A stretch of 61,281 bases of DNA from an uncultured Pseudomonadales bacterium (GCA_964357975.1 CAYHNG010000007.1:1-61281), one strand, 5' to 3'. Counted from the first letter of the stretch, positions 25,497 to 35,198 are shown. Notes: a model not told the origin generated them from the sequence alone. Made by a program: numbers and translations.

Positions 25497-27858
25497 TGGT
25501 TGGAGATATGGCCGGCATGTAGTTGTATGGGGTTATAGCTCTGAATTGAAATTTTGAATAATCCACGATGGTTGGTGGCCACTGAACGTGCCCCTTGTCA
25601 TCAATTGGGTAGACACAGTCCAGACAAAAATCTGAAGAAAAAGGATCAGAAACAACGGTATGTTCTTCCAAATCACGGTCGACGGTTTCATCACCAGGAA
25701 GGATCGGGTATTTGTCCGATCGTCTGACCCAAACTTGTTTACGAGTGGGATAGTTGCTTTGTCCTAGCGGCAAGATACCGTTGATAAAATACTCGGAATG
25801 CGATTCACACTGGTTCTCTTGTTGAGCCAGAAATCCGGTAAGATTGCAGATTTGATAGTTTGTGATGCCTTCCGGTTTTGATAATGGTTTGTCTTTGATG
25901 TTTTGTAAAACTTTCTTCATGATGATGTTCCAAATGGGAGAGGCTCCAGTAACACCAGAGGCAACATAGCTCATGGAAGAGTTGTCATTATTCCCGACCC
26001 ACGTGGCCGCTAAATAGTCAGGAGTGTATCCAATGGTCCAGTTATCCTTCAAGTCGTTGGTGGTGCCCGTTTTAACCGAGACGGTGTGACCCGGTATGAC
26101 GAGTTTGCTACCGGTTCCAAAGGCTGCCGACCTAGCTCCGTTGTCGGCAAGGATGTCGGATATGATAAAGGTGACTTCGAGGGGTAGGGTAACTTTGGGA
26201 TCCGTAGGGATAGAGAGTTCTGAGGAACTCTTTTGATTTTCCCAGAAATCGGCCCACTTTAACGGCATGACAGAGACCAAGTTGGTCATCTGTTCAAGTT
26301 GAAATTCTTCCAAAATTTTTCCGTCGTAGGTTTCTACTTTAAGGACCGATATTAAGGGAACAGTAACTCCTCGATTGGCGAAAGTGCCGAAGGCCTTCGC
26401 CATGTCGTACATGGTTACCTCTCCACCTCCAAGCGTAAGTGAAAGTCCAAAACGGCTTTGGTCTGTCCAGGAAGAAATACCCATTGCCGAGGCTGTAGCT
26501 ATAAAGGAATCAAGTCCGTTGAGAGCCAGCATCTTGACTGCCGGAATATTAAGAGAGTTGGCTAAGGACTGTCTCTTAGATACGGGGCCTCTAAAGGAGC
26601 CGTCGTAGTTTTTGGGACAATATTGTTTTTGGCCTGTTACATTGAAACACGTGGGAACGTCTAGATAGGTAGTGCTGGCGGTCCAACCGTTAAGCAGGCC
26701 TGTGGCATAATTTATGGGCTTGATAGATGATCCAGGTTGACGAAGGGAGGTAACAATATTAACCTGGCCGTCGATAGCGTCGTCATAATAGTCTTTTGAT
26801 CCAACCAGAGTCAATATTTCTCCGGTATTTGGGTGGGTAACCAAGGCACCACCGTTACTGATTCTTAGTTTGGCAATTTTGTTCATTTCGGCAGATAGAG
26901 ACGCTTGAATATAATTTTGAAGATCAAGATCGAGCGTGGTGGTTACAATTAATCCACCAAGATTAACCTTATCTTCGCCATATTTTTGAACCAAATTATC
27001 TCGAACCATGAGGGCAAAATGGGGAGCATTAATAGAAATATTTTTTTTGGCATACACCATTTTTTCGCTCTTGGCTGCTTCTGCCTGTTCTTTGGTAATG
27101 TAGCCATCTTCTTGCATACGACGCAAAACCTCAGCCTGGCGATTAAGAGCAAGTTCCGGATTGGCTCCAAACGGTGAGTAACGGGTTGGTGATTGGGGCA
27201 ATCCTGCAAGAAGTGCGGATTGTGCCAGGTCGAGATCTTTGGCACTTTTACCGAAATAGGTCTGCGACGCAGACTCGATTCCATAAGTGGTTCCCCCATA
27301 AGGAGTGTAGTTGAGATATAGTTCCAGAATTTGATCTTTGGTGTAATAGAACTCGGTGGCTAATGACAAGACAGCTTCGCGAACTTTTCTGGTGAGGGTG
27401 CGCTGGGTATCGGAGAGTAGAGAGTTTTTGACTAGTTGCTGAGTGATGGTGGAACCTCCGGCAAGGCGTTTTCCTTTGGTAAGAGCGTTGAAGGCGGCGC
27501 GGATAATGCCTGTAATATCAACGCCGTGGTGAGAATAGAAATTTTTGTCCTCGATAGCGATAGTAGCCTTTTTGACATAATCAGGAATATCTTTTGAAGC
27601 GATAGGGGTTCTTCGATACTCCGAATAAACTTCGTAAAGCAATTTTCCGTTTCTATCCAAAATCTTGGTACTGATTGGAGCGGGGGTTTTGACTAATTTG
27701 GCGGGGCTAGGAACATCTTTAAGCAGAAAGAAGAGGGTGATTAAAAAGAGTCCGGTAACGATTAAGAAAATTTGCAATAAAGTAAAACGGCGATAGCCAA
27801 TAATTTTTCGGTAGCTTTTTTCAATCGATTGAAGAATTGCTTTTCTGCTGACGGGCAT
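25480..27858 (-). CDS. class A penicillin-binding protein (second copy)
   Basis: Contains EDKNFYSHHGVD, GGSTITQQL, GSSIKP, SLN and KTGTT. TATAAT lies 9 nt upstream of the ATG. Confidence 0.9.
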   Translation of the reverse strand: MPVSRKAILQSIEKSYRKIIGYRRFTLLQIFLIVTGLFLITLFFLLKDVPSPAKLVKTPAPISTKILDRNGKLLYEVYSEYRRTPIASKDIPDYVKKATIAIEDKNFYSHHGVDITGIIRAAFNALTKGKRLAGGSTITQQLVKNSLLSDTQRTLTRKVREAVLSLATEFYYTKDQILELYLNYTPYGGTTYGIESASQTYFGKSAKDLDLAQSALLAGLPQSPTRYSPFGANPELALNRQAEVLRRMQEDGYITKEQAEAAKSEKMVYAKKNISINAPHFALMVRDNLVQKYGEDKVNLGGLIVTTTLDLDLQNYIQASLSAEMNKIAKLRISNGGALVTHPNTGEILTLVGSKDYYDDAIDGQVNIVTSLRQPGSSIKPINYATGLLNGWTASTTYLDVPTCFNVTGQKQYCPKNYDGSFRGPVSKRQSLANSLNIPAVKMLALNGLDSFIATASAMGISSWTDQSRFGLSLTLGGGEVTMYDMAKAFGTFANRGVTVPLISVLKVETYDGKILEEFQLEQMTNLVSVMPLKWADFWENQKSSSELSIPTDPKVTLPLEVTFIISDILADNGARSAAFGTGSKLVIPGHTVSVKTGTTNDLKDNWTIGYTPDYLAATWVGNNDNSSMSYVASGVTGASPIWNIIMKKVLQNIKDKPLSKPEGITNYQICNLTGFLAQQENQCESHSEYFINGILPLGQSNYPTRKQVWVRRSDKYPILPGDETVDRDLEEHTVVSDPFSSDFCLDCVYPIDDKGHVQWPPTIVDYSKFQFRAITPYNYMPAISPTNVPQN

Positions 27859-27914
27859 GGTGGTTACATTATACCCTTCGTTCGACGGGTAAGCCCGTAT
27901 GTTACTATTTAGTT

Positions 27915-28496
27915 GTGAAGCGGTTATGGTATTACTATTTTTATTTATTGCTTTTTTGGGGAAGTTTCCGATATTTTGTACGTTTACCGGATGTTGTCGA
28001 AGAACTATGGTTCAAACCGGTTATTTGGTTGATGCCCCTTTTTTGGTGGCAAGTTTCCTTGAAGGATAAAAGGGTGCAGATGTTTGGAAATAGGCTGAGA
28101 AGCTCGGTTTTGTTGGGGGTTATTATAGGAGCAGGGTATTTTTTCTTGGTTAGACGATTAAATTTATTGGGAATAAGGTGGGAAACAAGTTTACTTGGAA
28201 TTGTATTGGCAACGGCCGTAACGGAAGAATTGGTTTTTAGTGGTTTTGTGGCCGGGTATTTGGAAAAAATTCAGAAGGGAAGACTAATCAATTTGCTCAT
28301 AGTCGGTTTGATGGTCGCGGTTATTAAAATGCCTATTTTATTATTTTTTTATAAATTAGGGATGATGGATTTGTCAGGAGTGATATTGTTTGCATGGGCG
28401 AGTGGGGTAATAAATGCTTGGATTAGAGTAGAAACAGGAAATGTGTCAGGATCAATCTTGGCTAGGATGGGGATGAATCTGGCTGTACTGGGGTAA
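27915..28496 (+). CDS. CPBP-family (CAAX-type) intramembrane protease
   Basis: Polytopic, with the TEELVFSGF (EExxxR/G-type) motif. GTG start with the extended -10 TGtTACTAT ending 6 nt upstream. Confidence 0.65.
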   Translation: MKRLWYYYFYLLLFWGSFRYFVRLPDVVEELWFKPVIWLMPLFWWQVSLKDKRVQMFGNRLRSSVLLGVIIGAGYFFLVRRLNLLGIRWETSLLGIVLATAVTEELVFSGFVAGYLEKIQKGRLINLLIVGLMVAVIKMPILLFFYKLGMMDLSGVILFAWASGVINAWIRVETGNVSGSILARMGMNLAVLG

Positions 28497-28503
28497 TTTT
28501 TGG

Positions 28504-28531
28504 TTAAAAAAACTCTCCCCAAAGGGAGAGT
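28504..28531 (-). terminator. Rho-independent terminator of the 203-aa orphan gene
   Basis: The minus strand reads AACTCTCCC-TTTG-GGGAGAGTT followed by TTTTT. On the plus strand no U-tract follows the hairpin. Confidence 0.7.
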
Positions 28532-28545
28532 TGAAGATGGCTGTT

Positions 28546-29157
28546 TTATTCCGCCTCAGGGAAAAAGCTTCGGGTGGAAGTTGCCGGAATAGTATAGATA
28601 GTTTCCGATTTGGCTTGTTCCGGATATCTTTTTGAAATTAACCCTGTTATCTGGTCAATTAACCAAAAATTGAGCTGTTGGTTGTTAGGGTTTTTCAGGC
28701 TGGAGTTCCAGTTTATCAAGTGAGTAAGGTCGTTCCGATGGGTAAGGTGGAGGTATGGGAAGACCTCGCTCTCCTTACTTTTACAAAAAGTGGCGGTGAT
28801 GACAAACTCCCTGTGTTCTATGTAAAAACGATATCTTAGACCCGGAATCTCGAAACGTTGGCGATAACCCGGTAATCCTTGATGATCGATAATAAAGACC
28901 GGGTTGTAGCCTTCAATGAGTTCACCTTCAAGTGGAAGTTGCCCCTTGATGATTCTTGTTGCCGAGAATGTTTGGTGAAGATCACGAATAACGGTCCTGA
29001 TGATCATATCCAAGTCCGTATGTTCAAGATAACGACTAAGGTCAGCTTGAGCTCTTGTTAACTCAGCAGTCTGTTGGGCTCGGTTGGCTCGGTTGAGAAC
29101 GTCTTGTTCGGCTACGTATTTCTGTCGCCATGCTTCAAGCGTGGGATCTATAGGCAC
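28546..29157 (-). CDS. hypothetical protein (coiled-coil N-terminus)
   Basis: 203 aa with a GTG start preceded by AGGAG 7 nt upstream. Its own extended -10 (TGcTACAAT, complement of 29203-29211) and terminator make it a monocistronic unit. Confidence 0.5.
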   Translation of the reverse strand: MPIDPTLEAWRQKYVAEQDVLNRANRAQQTAELTRAQADLSRYLEHTDLDMIIRTVIRDLHQTFSATRIIKGQLPLEGELIEGYNPVFIIDHQGLPGYRQRFEIPGLRYRFYIEHREFVITATFCKSKESEVFPYLHLTHRNDLTHLINWNSSLKNPNNQQLNFWLIDQITGLISKRYPEQAKSETIYTIPATSTRSFFPEAE

Positions 29158-29338
29158 AGTAATCTCCTTTGGTTTAAGGTGCGATACAGAGAATAATGGA
29201 GAATTGTAGCACAGGGGTCTTTTTGAAGAAGATTTTGCGGAGATTGGCCTCGATGAGATGGTCTGATATCTTGCGAATGAGTTGACATACTAGGGGTGGT
29301 GGATGAAGATTTATGACAACGCTAAATGTTGTGTGTTT

Positions 29339-29821
29339 ATGAACTGTCCATATTGTAATAATGTAGAAACTAATGTCCTGGAAAGTAGAGGTCTTCCGGG
29401 ATCTGAAGCTGTTCGGAGAAGAAGGCAGTGTAAAAAATGTGAGAAGAGATTTACAACCCATGAGAAAGTGGTGAATATTGACCTAAAAGTGATAAAAAAA
29501 AACGGAAAGATCGAACAGTACGATAGAGAGAAGCTGTTAAAAGGGGTGGGCAAGGCTTGTTATAAAAGAAGAGTGGAAAAAACCGATATTGAGAATTTGG
29601 TTGATGAGATTGAATGTAAGATGCTGAATCGAAAAACGATTGAAATAAAGTCCAGTGAAATTGGCAAGATGGTATTGAATAGATTGAGAAGACTGGATGA
29701 GTTGGCGTATCTAAGATTTGCCAGTGTTTATATGGATTTTAATAATGCGGATGAGTTTAAACAGTTTATTTTGGCACCCATAACAATTACAAACCAATCA
29801 AAAATATATGAAAAGCAGTAA
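29339..29821 (+). CDS. nrdR: transcriptional repressor NrdR
   Basis: Zinc ribbon MNCPYCN...CKKCEKRFTTHE followed by an ATP-cone. The ORF opens at 29303, but the conserved N-terminus starts at 29339. Confidence 0.9.
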   Translation: MNCPYCNNVETNVLESRGLPGSEAVRRRRQCKKCEKRFTTHEKVVNIDLKVIKKNGKIEQYDREKLLKGVGKACYKRRVEKTDIENLVDEIECKMLNRKTIEIKSSEIGKMVLNRLRRLDELAYLRFASVYMDFNNADEFKQFILAPITITNQSKIYEKQ

Positions 29822-32078
29822 AGCAAGGAAAGTAGTAGAGGTTAAAATTGAGTTTCCCAGTACTATTGTAAAAAGAGATGGGCGAGTGGTCCCGTTTGAA
29901 ATACAAAAAATCGAAAAAGCAATTTCGTCTTGTTTTGATGATCTGGGTAAAGAACCGTCGACACCGGTTGGTGAGCTGGCCAAGAGAGTCGTCAATATTA
30001 TCGGGGCAAAATATAGTAAACCGACAGTTGAACAGGTTCAAGATACAGTAGAGTTGGTGCTACAAGCCTCAGGAGAGTTTGAAGCTGCCAAAAACTACAT
30101 TATCTATAGAGTAGAGCACGCCAAAATGAGAGATACCCGGCCAATCCCAAAGGAAGTGGCAAAGGCATTTTCTGATAGTGATGTCTATTTTGAAAATCAG
30201 ATTCAGAAATTCCAGTTCTTTGATAAGTATTCGCGATTTAATTATGATCTGGGACGACGGGAAACCTGGAAAGAGACAGTGGACAGATCGGTTGATTTCT
30301 TACATGAGTTGTCCGGAGGAAAACTAGAAAGTGGAGTGTACAAACGAATTCGCAATTCAATATTGGAAATGAAGGCAACTCCTTCGATGAGACTCCTGGC
30401 AATGGCCGGACCGGCAGCAAGGAGAAATAATATCAGCATATACAATTGTTCTTACCAGCCGGTGGACAGCATAGATTCTTTTGTCGAGGCGCTTATTATT
30501 TCAATGAATGGTTGTGGGGTTGGCTTCTCGGTAGAAAATAAATATGTTGAAAGCCTTCCCAGGGTTAAACGACAGGATGGTTTGGAGACAAAGCAAATGC
30601 TCATTGAGGACTCAACGGAGGGCTGGGCTGCTGCCTTGAGAGCGGGCTTACAAACTTGGTTCGATGGTGGAGATATAAAGTTTGACTATACGGCCCTTCG
30701 TCCGGCCGGAGCAATACTAAGAACAAAAGGTGGACGATCTTCAGGCCCGGAACCCTTGAGAAGGATGATGGAATTTGTAAGAGAACGAATATTTGCCCGT
30801 CAGGGGAGTTTTCTGAGATCGATTGATGCTCACGATATGATGTGCGAGGTGGGGAATGCGGCAGTGTCAGGAGGAATGCGAAGAACAGCAATGATCTCTC
30901 TCTTTGATTTTGACGATAAAGAGATGTGGGAATGTAAATCAGGAGATTTTGAAAGAGACAATAGTCAGAGATGGAATGCAAATAACAGTGCAGTTTGGCC
31001 ATTATCCGGTTTAACTCAGCTGGAGGTGACTAAGCAGATGTTGGAGATGGTTAAGTCCGGGCGAGGCGAACCAGGTATTTTTAACCGTCAGTCAGCACTA
31101 GATATGAGACCGGCAAGAAGAGCTCCGGCAGAATTTGGGACAAACCCTTGTGGGGAGATTATTCTTAGACCTTATGAGTTTTGTAATCTTTCAATTGCTA
31201 TTGCCAGGAAAGACGATACATATGAGACCTTGAAAGATAAAGTTGAGATAGCATCGATAATTGGAACGATTCAGGCTATGGCCACAAACTTTTCCGGTTT
31301 GAGACCTTCTTGGAAGAAAAATTGTGAGGAGGAAAGGTTGTTGGGTGTAGACATTAACGGACAGATGGATAGTCAAGTAGCTCAAGATCCAGCGGTTCAG
31401 AATAGATTAAGACAAGTTGCTGTTGAAACAAACAGGGTTTTGGCAGAAAAGTTGGGAATAAATCAGGCGGCGGCGGTAACGTGTGTGAAACCTTCTGGAA
31501 ACTCTTCACAGCTTTTTAATTGCGCATCGGGGATACACGCCAGATGGTCACCCTATTATGTTAGGAATATCAGAGTAAGTAGCCATTCTTCCATATATAA
31601 GGTTTTGAAATCCGAAAGTGTGCCGATGGATCCTGAAAACGGTCAAGTACCGGAAACGGCCAACACTTGGGTAATTCATTTTCCGGTGAAATCTCCCGAT
31701 GGAGCAGTGACCAGAAAAAGTTTTTCGGCGACGGCACAATGCGAATATTGGATGAGAAATAAGATCAATTGGACAGAACATAATCCAAGTGTGACGATAA
31801 CCTACCATCCGGATGAGGTGATAGATCTCATCAAATGGGTTTGGGAACATAGAAACTTGATTGGAGGAATGTCGTTCCTACCGGCCTTTGATGCAGCATA
31901 TTCGCAAATGCCTTACCAAGAGATTGGCAAAGAAGAGTATGAAAAACTAAAGGAAGGTTTCCCTGCAATAGATTTTAGTAAGCTCTACCGATATGAAGAA
32001 GAGGATTATACAAAGGCGGCTCAAGAACTAGCCTGTGTAGCAGGGTGCGACATAGATCCAACTGAGGGGAAAATATAA
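29808..32078 (+). CDS. nrdJ: class II (adenosylcobalamin-dependent) ribonucleotide reductase
   Basis: N-terminal ATP-cone (VVKRDGRVVPFEIQKIEKAI) and the active-site block GTNPCGEI. It is a 756-aa single chain and overlaps nrdR by 14 nt. Confidence 0.9.
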   Translation: MKSSKARKVVEVKIEFPSTIVKRDGRVVPFEIQKIEKAISSCFDDLGKEPSTPVGELAKRVVNIIGAKYSKPTVEQVQDTVELVLQASGEFEAAKNYIIYRVEHAKMRDTRPIPKEVAKAFSDSDVYFENQIQKFQFFDKYSRFNYDLGRRETWKETVDRSVDFLHELSGGKLESGVYKRIRNSILEMKATPSMRLLAMAGPAARRNNISIYNCSYQPVDSIDSFVEALIISMNGCGVGFSVENKYVESLPRVKRQDGLETKQMLIEDSTEGWAAALRAGLQTWFDGGDIKFDYTALRPAGAILRTKGGRSSGPEPLRRMMEFVRERIFARQGSFLRSIDAHDMMCEVGNAAVSGGMRRTAMISLFDFDDKEMWECKSGDFERDNSQRWNANNSAVWPLSGLTQLEVTKQMLEMVKSGRGEPGIFNRQSALDMRPARRAPAEFGTNPCGEIILRPYEFCNLSIAIARKDDTYETLKDKVEIASIIGTIQAMATNFSGLRPSWKKNCEEERLLGVDINGQMDSQVAQDPAVQNRLRQVAVETNRVLAEKLGINQAAAVTCVKPSGNSSQLFNCASGIHARWSPYYVRNIRVSSHSSIYKVLKSESVPMDPENGQVPETANTWVIHFPVKSPDGAVTRKSFSATAQCEYWMRNKINWTEHNPSVTITYHPDEVIDLIKWVWEHRNLIGGMSFLPAFDAAYSQMPYQEIGKEEYEKLKEGFPAIDFSKLYRYEEEDYTKAAQELACVAGCDIDPTEGKI

Positions 32079-32081
32079 GAA

Positions 32082-32134
32082 CTCAAGAAACCTGCCTCGC
32101 GGCAAGGCGGCTCAAGAACTCAAGAGCTCAAGCA
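32082..32134 (+). repeat. CTCAAGAR octamer repeats downstream of nrdJ
   Basis: CTCAAGAA is at 32082-89. The tandem run CTCAAGAA CTCAAGAG CTCAAGCA is at 32111-32134. A GC-rich segment (CCTGCCTCGCGGCAAGGCGG) lies between them. Confidence 0.55.
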
Positions 32135-32185
32135 GGATAATGATATTATCTGTATGATTGTGATGTTATTTGAGGTGGTTTTGAA

Positions 32186-32332
32186 ATGGATTTGACAGAA
32201 GCAAAAAGTTGGTATTTAATGGTAGTAGGTAATTTTGATTACTATCAGTGTTTTGTTGACATTGCTAATGGTGTGTTTGCGTCGTTTTTTGCCCCTTTAT
32301 CGCCCCCTTTTGTGTTTTTTTTGACGAGTTGA
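32186..32332 (+). CDS. possible 48-aa hydrophobic peptide (not in the supplied ORF track)
   Basis: Encodes MDLTEAKSWYLMVVGNFDYYQCFVDIANGVFASFFAPLSPPFVFFLTS. GAGGTGG (32172-78) sits 7 nt before the ATG. It lies in the 412-nt gap after nrdJ. Confidence 0.25.
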   Translation: MDLTEAKSWYLMVVGNFDYYQCFVDIANGVFASFFAPLSPPFVFFLTS

Positions 32333-32490
32333 GTGTCTCTCCGGTGTTCAGCCACCAGACAGTGGAATATCTTTATAGTTTTTCTATATTTGACATGATG
32401 ACAAGGTGGTTCGTGGTAAAAAGATTGGTTCCGGTAAGGAAACTAGGGTTTTGATTGAGATTTTGATTTAAAAAATTGGTATAGTTAGAT

Positions 32491-32841
32491 ATGCCTGCTT
32501 TGGGTAAGGAAACAGAACGTCAGCTAACTTCGGATGAAGTGGCCTTGAAGGAAATTCAGGGTTATATTGACAGAGCTGAGCACCAAGTAGAGACACAACA
32601 ACCCCAACTAAACAGACCACAGCAGACTGCGGTGACGTCTCAAGTAAGCCAGCCAACCGTCGGCAAAGGAGTGGCCGGTGTGGCCCCGGCGATAGAGGCG
32701 AAAAAAATTACGCTTCCAATGAATCAAATCGAGGTGGAGAAAGGTCTGCAACAAAATATCAAGGAAGGGGTGAGGTGGTTATCCGAATGGTGTGTGATGA
32801 TGATAAAAAAATACCCAGGTAGAGTGTTTTATATGCCTTAA
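32491..32841 (+). CDS. hypothetical protein with a Gln/Pro-rich centre
   Basis: 116 aa. The extended -10 TGgTATAGT ends 5 nt before the ATG. The stop is 6 nt before the ATPase gene, so the two are probably co-transcribed. Confidence 0.45.
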   Translation: MPALGKETERQLTSDEVALKEIQGYIDRAEHQVETQQPQLNRPQQTAVTSQVSQPTVGKGVAGVAPAIEAKKITLPMNQIEVEKGLQQNIKEGVRWLSEWCVMMIKKYPGRVFYMP

Positions 32842-32847
32842 TAAAAA

Positions 32848-35169
32848 ATGATCGACTTAAACTTTTGGATTCAATACTTATTTGTAATTTTTTTGGGGAT
32901 AGCCTTTTTGGCCGCAACGATGATTGCGGCGTGGATGCTGTTTGTGATCTGGATCAGAAACAGAAACAGAGAAGAGGTAAGTATGAACTTTGTATTGTTG
33001 GAAATTGCAGTACCAAGAGATAACGAAGTAAAGGTGGACGCAGTAGAACAAATGTTTGCATCTCTCTTCTCTATCAAGAAGGGTGGTTTCTGGCAAAAGT
33101 TTGAATCTCAACAACACCTATCTTTGGAGATAGTGGGGAAAAAAGAGGATATTAGATTTTATGTATCGTGCCACAAAAAGAATGCAGAATTGGTGGAGAA
33201 ACTAATTTCCGGAACTTATCCGGGAACTCATGTAAAACAAGTTGATGAGTACAATATTTTTTATAAGGATGCCAAAATTGATTTTGCGGAATTGACCCTA
33301 AAAAACGAAAGTTTTAAGCCGATAAAAGGGTATAAAGAATTACCCGTAGACTCCCTGTCTTCAATTACGTCAGCAATGGCCAAGTTTAACGATAATGAGG
33401 CGGCGGCGATTCAAATAATTATTTCTCCGGCAGAATCAAGCTGGAGTAAGTCCGGTTTTGGTTATGTTTCCAAATTGAAAAAAGAAGAGGCCGATCCGGA
33501 GAAAGCCAAATTCAAAATGAACCCGCAAGACATGGAGGCGATCACAAATAAGTGTACTAAAGTTGGCTTTTTGACGAGCATCAGAATTATTAGTGTATCT
33601 CCGACACTGGAACAGGCAAAAGCTAACCTGAGTAATCTAAAGGGAACATTTTCACAATTTGCCGGTAATCAAAATTCGTTTTCGGGGAACAAAATCAGAT
33701 TTAAACAGTCTTTTATGTTGGATTTTATTTATCGATATCAAAATTTATGGGGTTTGAACTCGATATTATCTATTGATGAGCTGGCGACTGTCTGGCATTT
33801 ACCAAATAAAACAATAGAAACTCCGCATATCTTTTGGTTGACGGCAAAAACCGCTCCAGCCTCCGGCGAATTCCCCGAAAGCGGTTTGTGGTTGGGACGA
33901 TCGATATATAGAGGTCAAGAAAGAAATATATATATGGGTGAAACAGACAGAATGAAGCACCTGTATATCATTGGAAGAACCGGTACCGGAAAGACAGAAC
34001 TCTTGAAGTCAATGATTATTCAAGATATGAGAGCGGGAAAGGGGTTGTGTTTTATGGAGCCACATGGTGATGGTATTGAAGAGCTTTTGGAGCTGGTACC
34101 TCCGGAAAGAGCTGAGGACGTAATTTTATTTGATCCATCCGATAAAGAGAGACCTGTTGGTCTAAATTTGCTCGAGGTGGCGAATTATGACGAGATGCAC
34201 ATTGTGGCTTCTTCAATCATTAACTTGATGTATAAACTCTATGACCCACACCGAACGGGAATGGTGGGGCCGAGATTCGAGCACGCAATCAGAAATGCCA
34301 TGCTCACTGTGGCGATGGTACCGGGCGCGACCTTTGTCGAGGTTAACAGGGCTTTAACCGACCAGAAATATGTTCAAGAAATTTTACCCTTGGTCAAAGA
34401 TCCGATTGTAAAGCGCTACTGGACCGACCAAATAGCTCAAACCAGTGATTTTCACAAGTCAGAAACCCTTGATTATATTGCCTCAAAATTCGGCCGCTTT
34501 GTAACAAACGAGATGATACGTAACATCATCGGTCAGTCGAAGAGCGCCTTGAATTTTAGAACGGCTATGGATGAAGGAAAGATTGTGTTCCTTAAACTAG
34601 CTAAAGGATTGTTGGGAGAAGAGGACTCAAATTTCTTAGGTAATGTTTTGGTACCAAAACTGCTGGCGGCAGCGCTTTCGCGTCAGGAGGTTCCAAAAGA
34701 GCAGCGACGTCCTTTCTACCTGTACGTGGACGAGTTTCAGAACTTTGCGACGCCGGACTTTGCCCAGATGCTTTCCGAAGTCCGTAAATACGGAATTGGT
34801 CTGGTGCTGGCCAATCAGTTCGTCAGCCAGATTGATGAACAGGTGAGAGACGCTATCTTCGGTAACTGTGGAACTCTAATGACCTATCGTGTGGGTGTCC
34901 AAGACGCAGCTATTCTATCTAAAGAGTTTGAAGGAGTCTTCAACGAAACCGATCTGTCGAATATTCCGGCCCAAAACATATATGTAAAAACAATTGTCAA
35001 CGGTACTCCCGTGCCACCATTCTCGATGAATGTAGGAAGAGACTTGAAGGCAGAGAAGGCACAGGGTAGCCCAGAGATAGCCAGAATGGTAAAAGAATTA
35101 TCCAGATTGAAATTCGGGAGGGATGTGGCAGAAGTGTCGGAGGAAATTGAGAAGAGATCAAACTTGTAA
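32848..35169 (+). CDS. membrane-anchored VirD4/TraG/TraD-like (type IV coupling protein-type) P-loop ATPase
   Basis: N-terminal TM hairpin, Walker A GRTGTGKT, Walker B-like YLYVDEFQNFAT (resembles the TraG/TraD C-terminal DEFxN block), and LVLANQF. The family-level call is made by motif only. Confidence 0.6.
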   Translation: MIDLNFWIQYLFVIFLGIAFLAATMIAAWMLFVIWIRNRNREEVSMNFVLLEIAVPRDNEVKVDAVEQMFASLFSIKKGGFWQKFESQQHLSLEIVGKKEDIRFYVSCHKKNAELVEKLISGTYPGTHVKQVDEYNIFYKDAKIDFAELTLKNESFKPIKGYKELPVDSLSSITSAMAKFNDNEAAAIQIIISPAESSWSKSGFGYVSKLKKEEADPEKAKFKMNPQDMEAITNKCTKVGFLTSIRIISVSPTLEQAKANLSNLKGTFSQFAGNQNSFSGNKIRFKQSFMLDFIYRYQNLWGLNSILSIDELATVWHLPNKTIETPHIFWLTAKTAPASGEFPESGLWLGRSIYRGQERNIYMGETDRMKHLYIIGRTGTGKTELLKSMIIQDMRAGKGLCFMEPHGDGIEELLELVPPERAEDVILFDPSDKERPVGLNLLEVANYDEMHIVASSIINLMYKLYDPHRTGMVGPRFEHAIRNAMLTVAMVPGATFVEVNRALTDQKYVQEILPLVKDPIVKRYWTDQIAQTSDFHKSETLDYIASKFGRFVTNEMIRNIIGQSKSALNFRTAMDEGKIVFLKLAKGLLGEEDSNFLGNVLVPKLLAAALSRQEVPKEQRRPFYLYVDEFQNFATPDFAQMLSEVRKYGIGLVLANQFVSQIDEQVRDAIFGNCGTLMTYRVGVQDAAILSKEFEGVFNETDLSNIPAQNIYVKTIVNGTPVPPFSMNVGRDLKAEKAQGSPEIARMVKELSRLKFGRDVAEVSEEIEKRSNL

Positions 35170-35176
35170 GCCTGGA

Positions 35177-35187
35177 TGGTATAAAAT
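35177..35187 (+). promoter_or_regulatory. extended -10 promoter of tRNA-Ile
   Basis: ATGGTATAAAATAG lies 11-13 nt upstream of the tRNA 5' end. The same ATGGTA(TA)AAATAG string precedes the tRNA at 37150. Confidence 0.5.
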
Positions 35188-35198
35188 AGCTGGTAATT

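Noticed and set aside
29808-32078. An intein or intron in the class II RNR, or in ftsH or sufB
   Set aside because: The proteins are of normal length and their conserved blocks are contiguous. No Cys/Ser...His-Asn splice-junction insert is visible.
32447-32466. TTTTGATT direct repeats as iterons or an origin of transfer
   Set aside because: Only two adjacent 8-mers plus one distant copy, all in AT-rich DNA, and no nick-site-like inverted repeat or relaxase gene. Mentioned under the locus finding but not supportable on its own.
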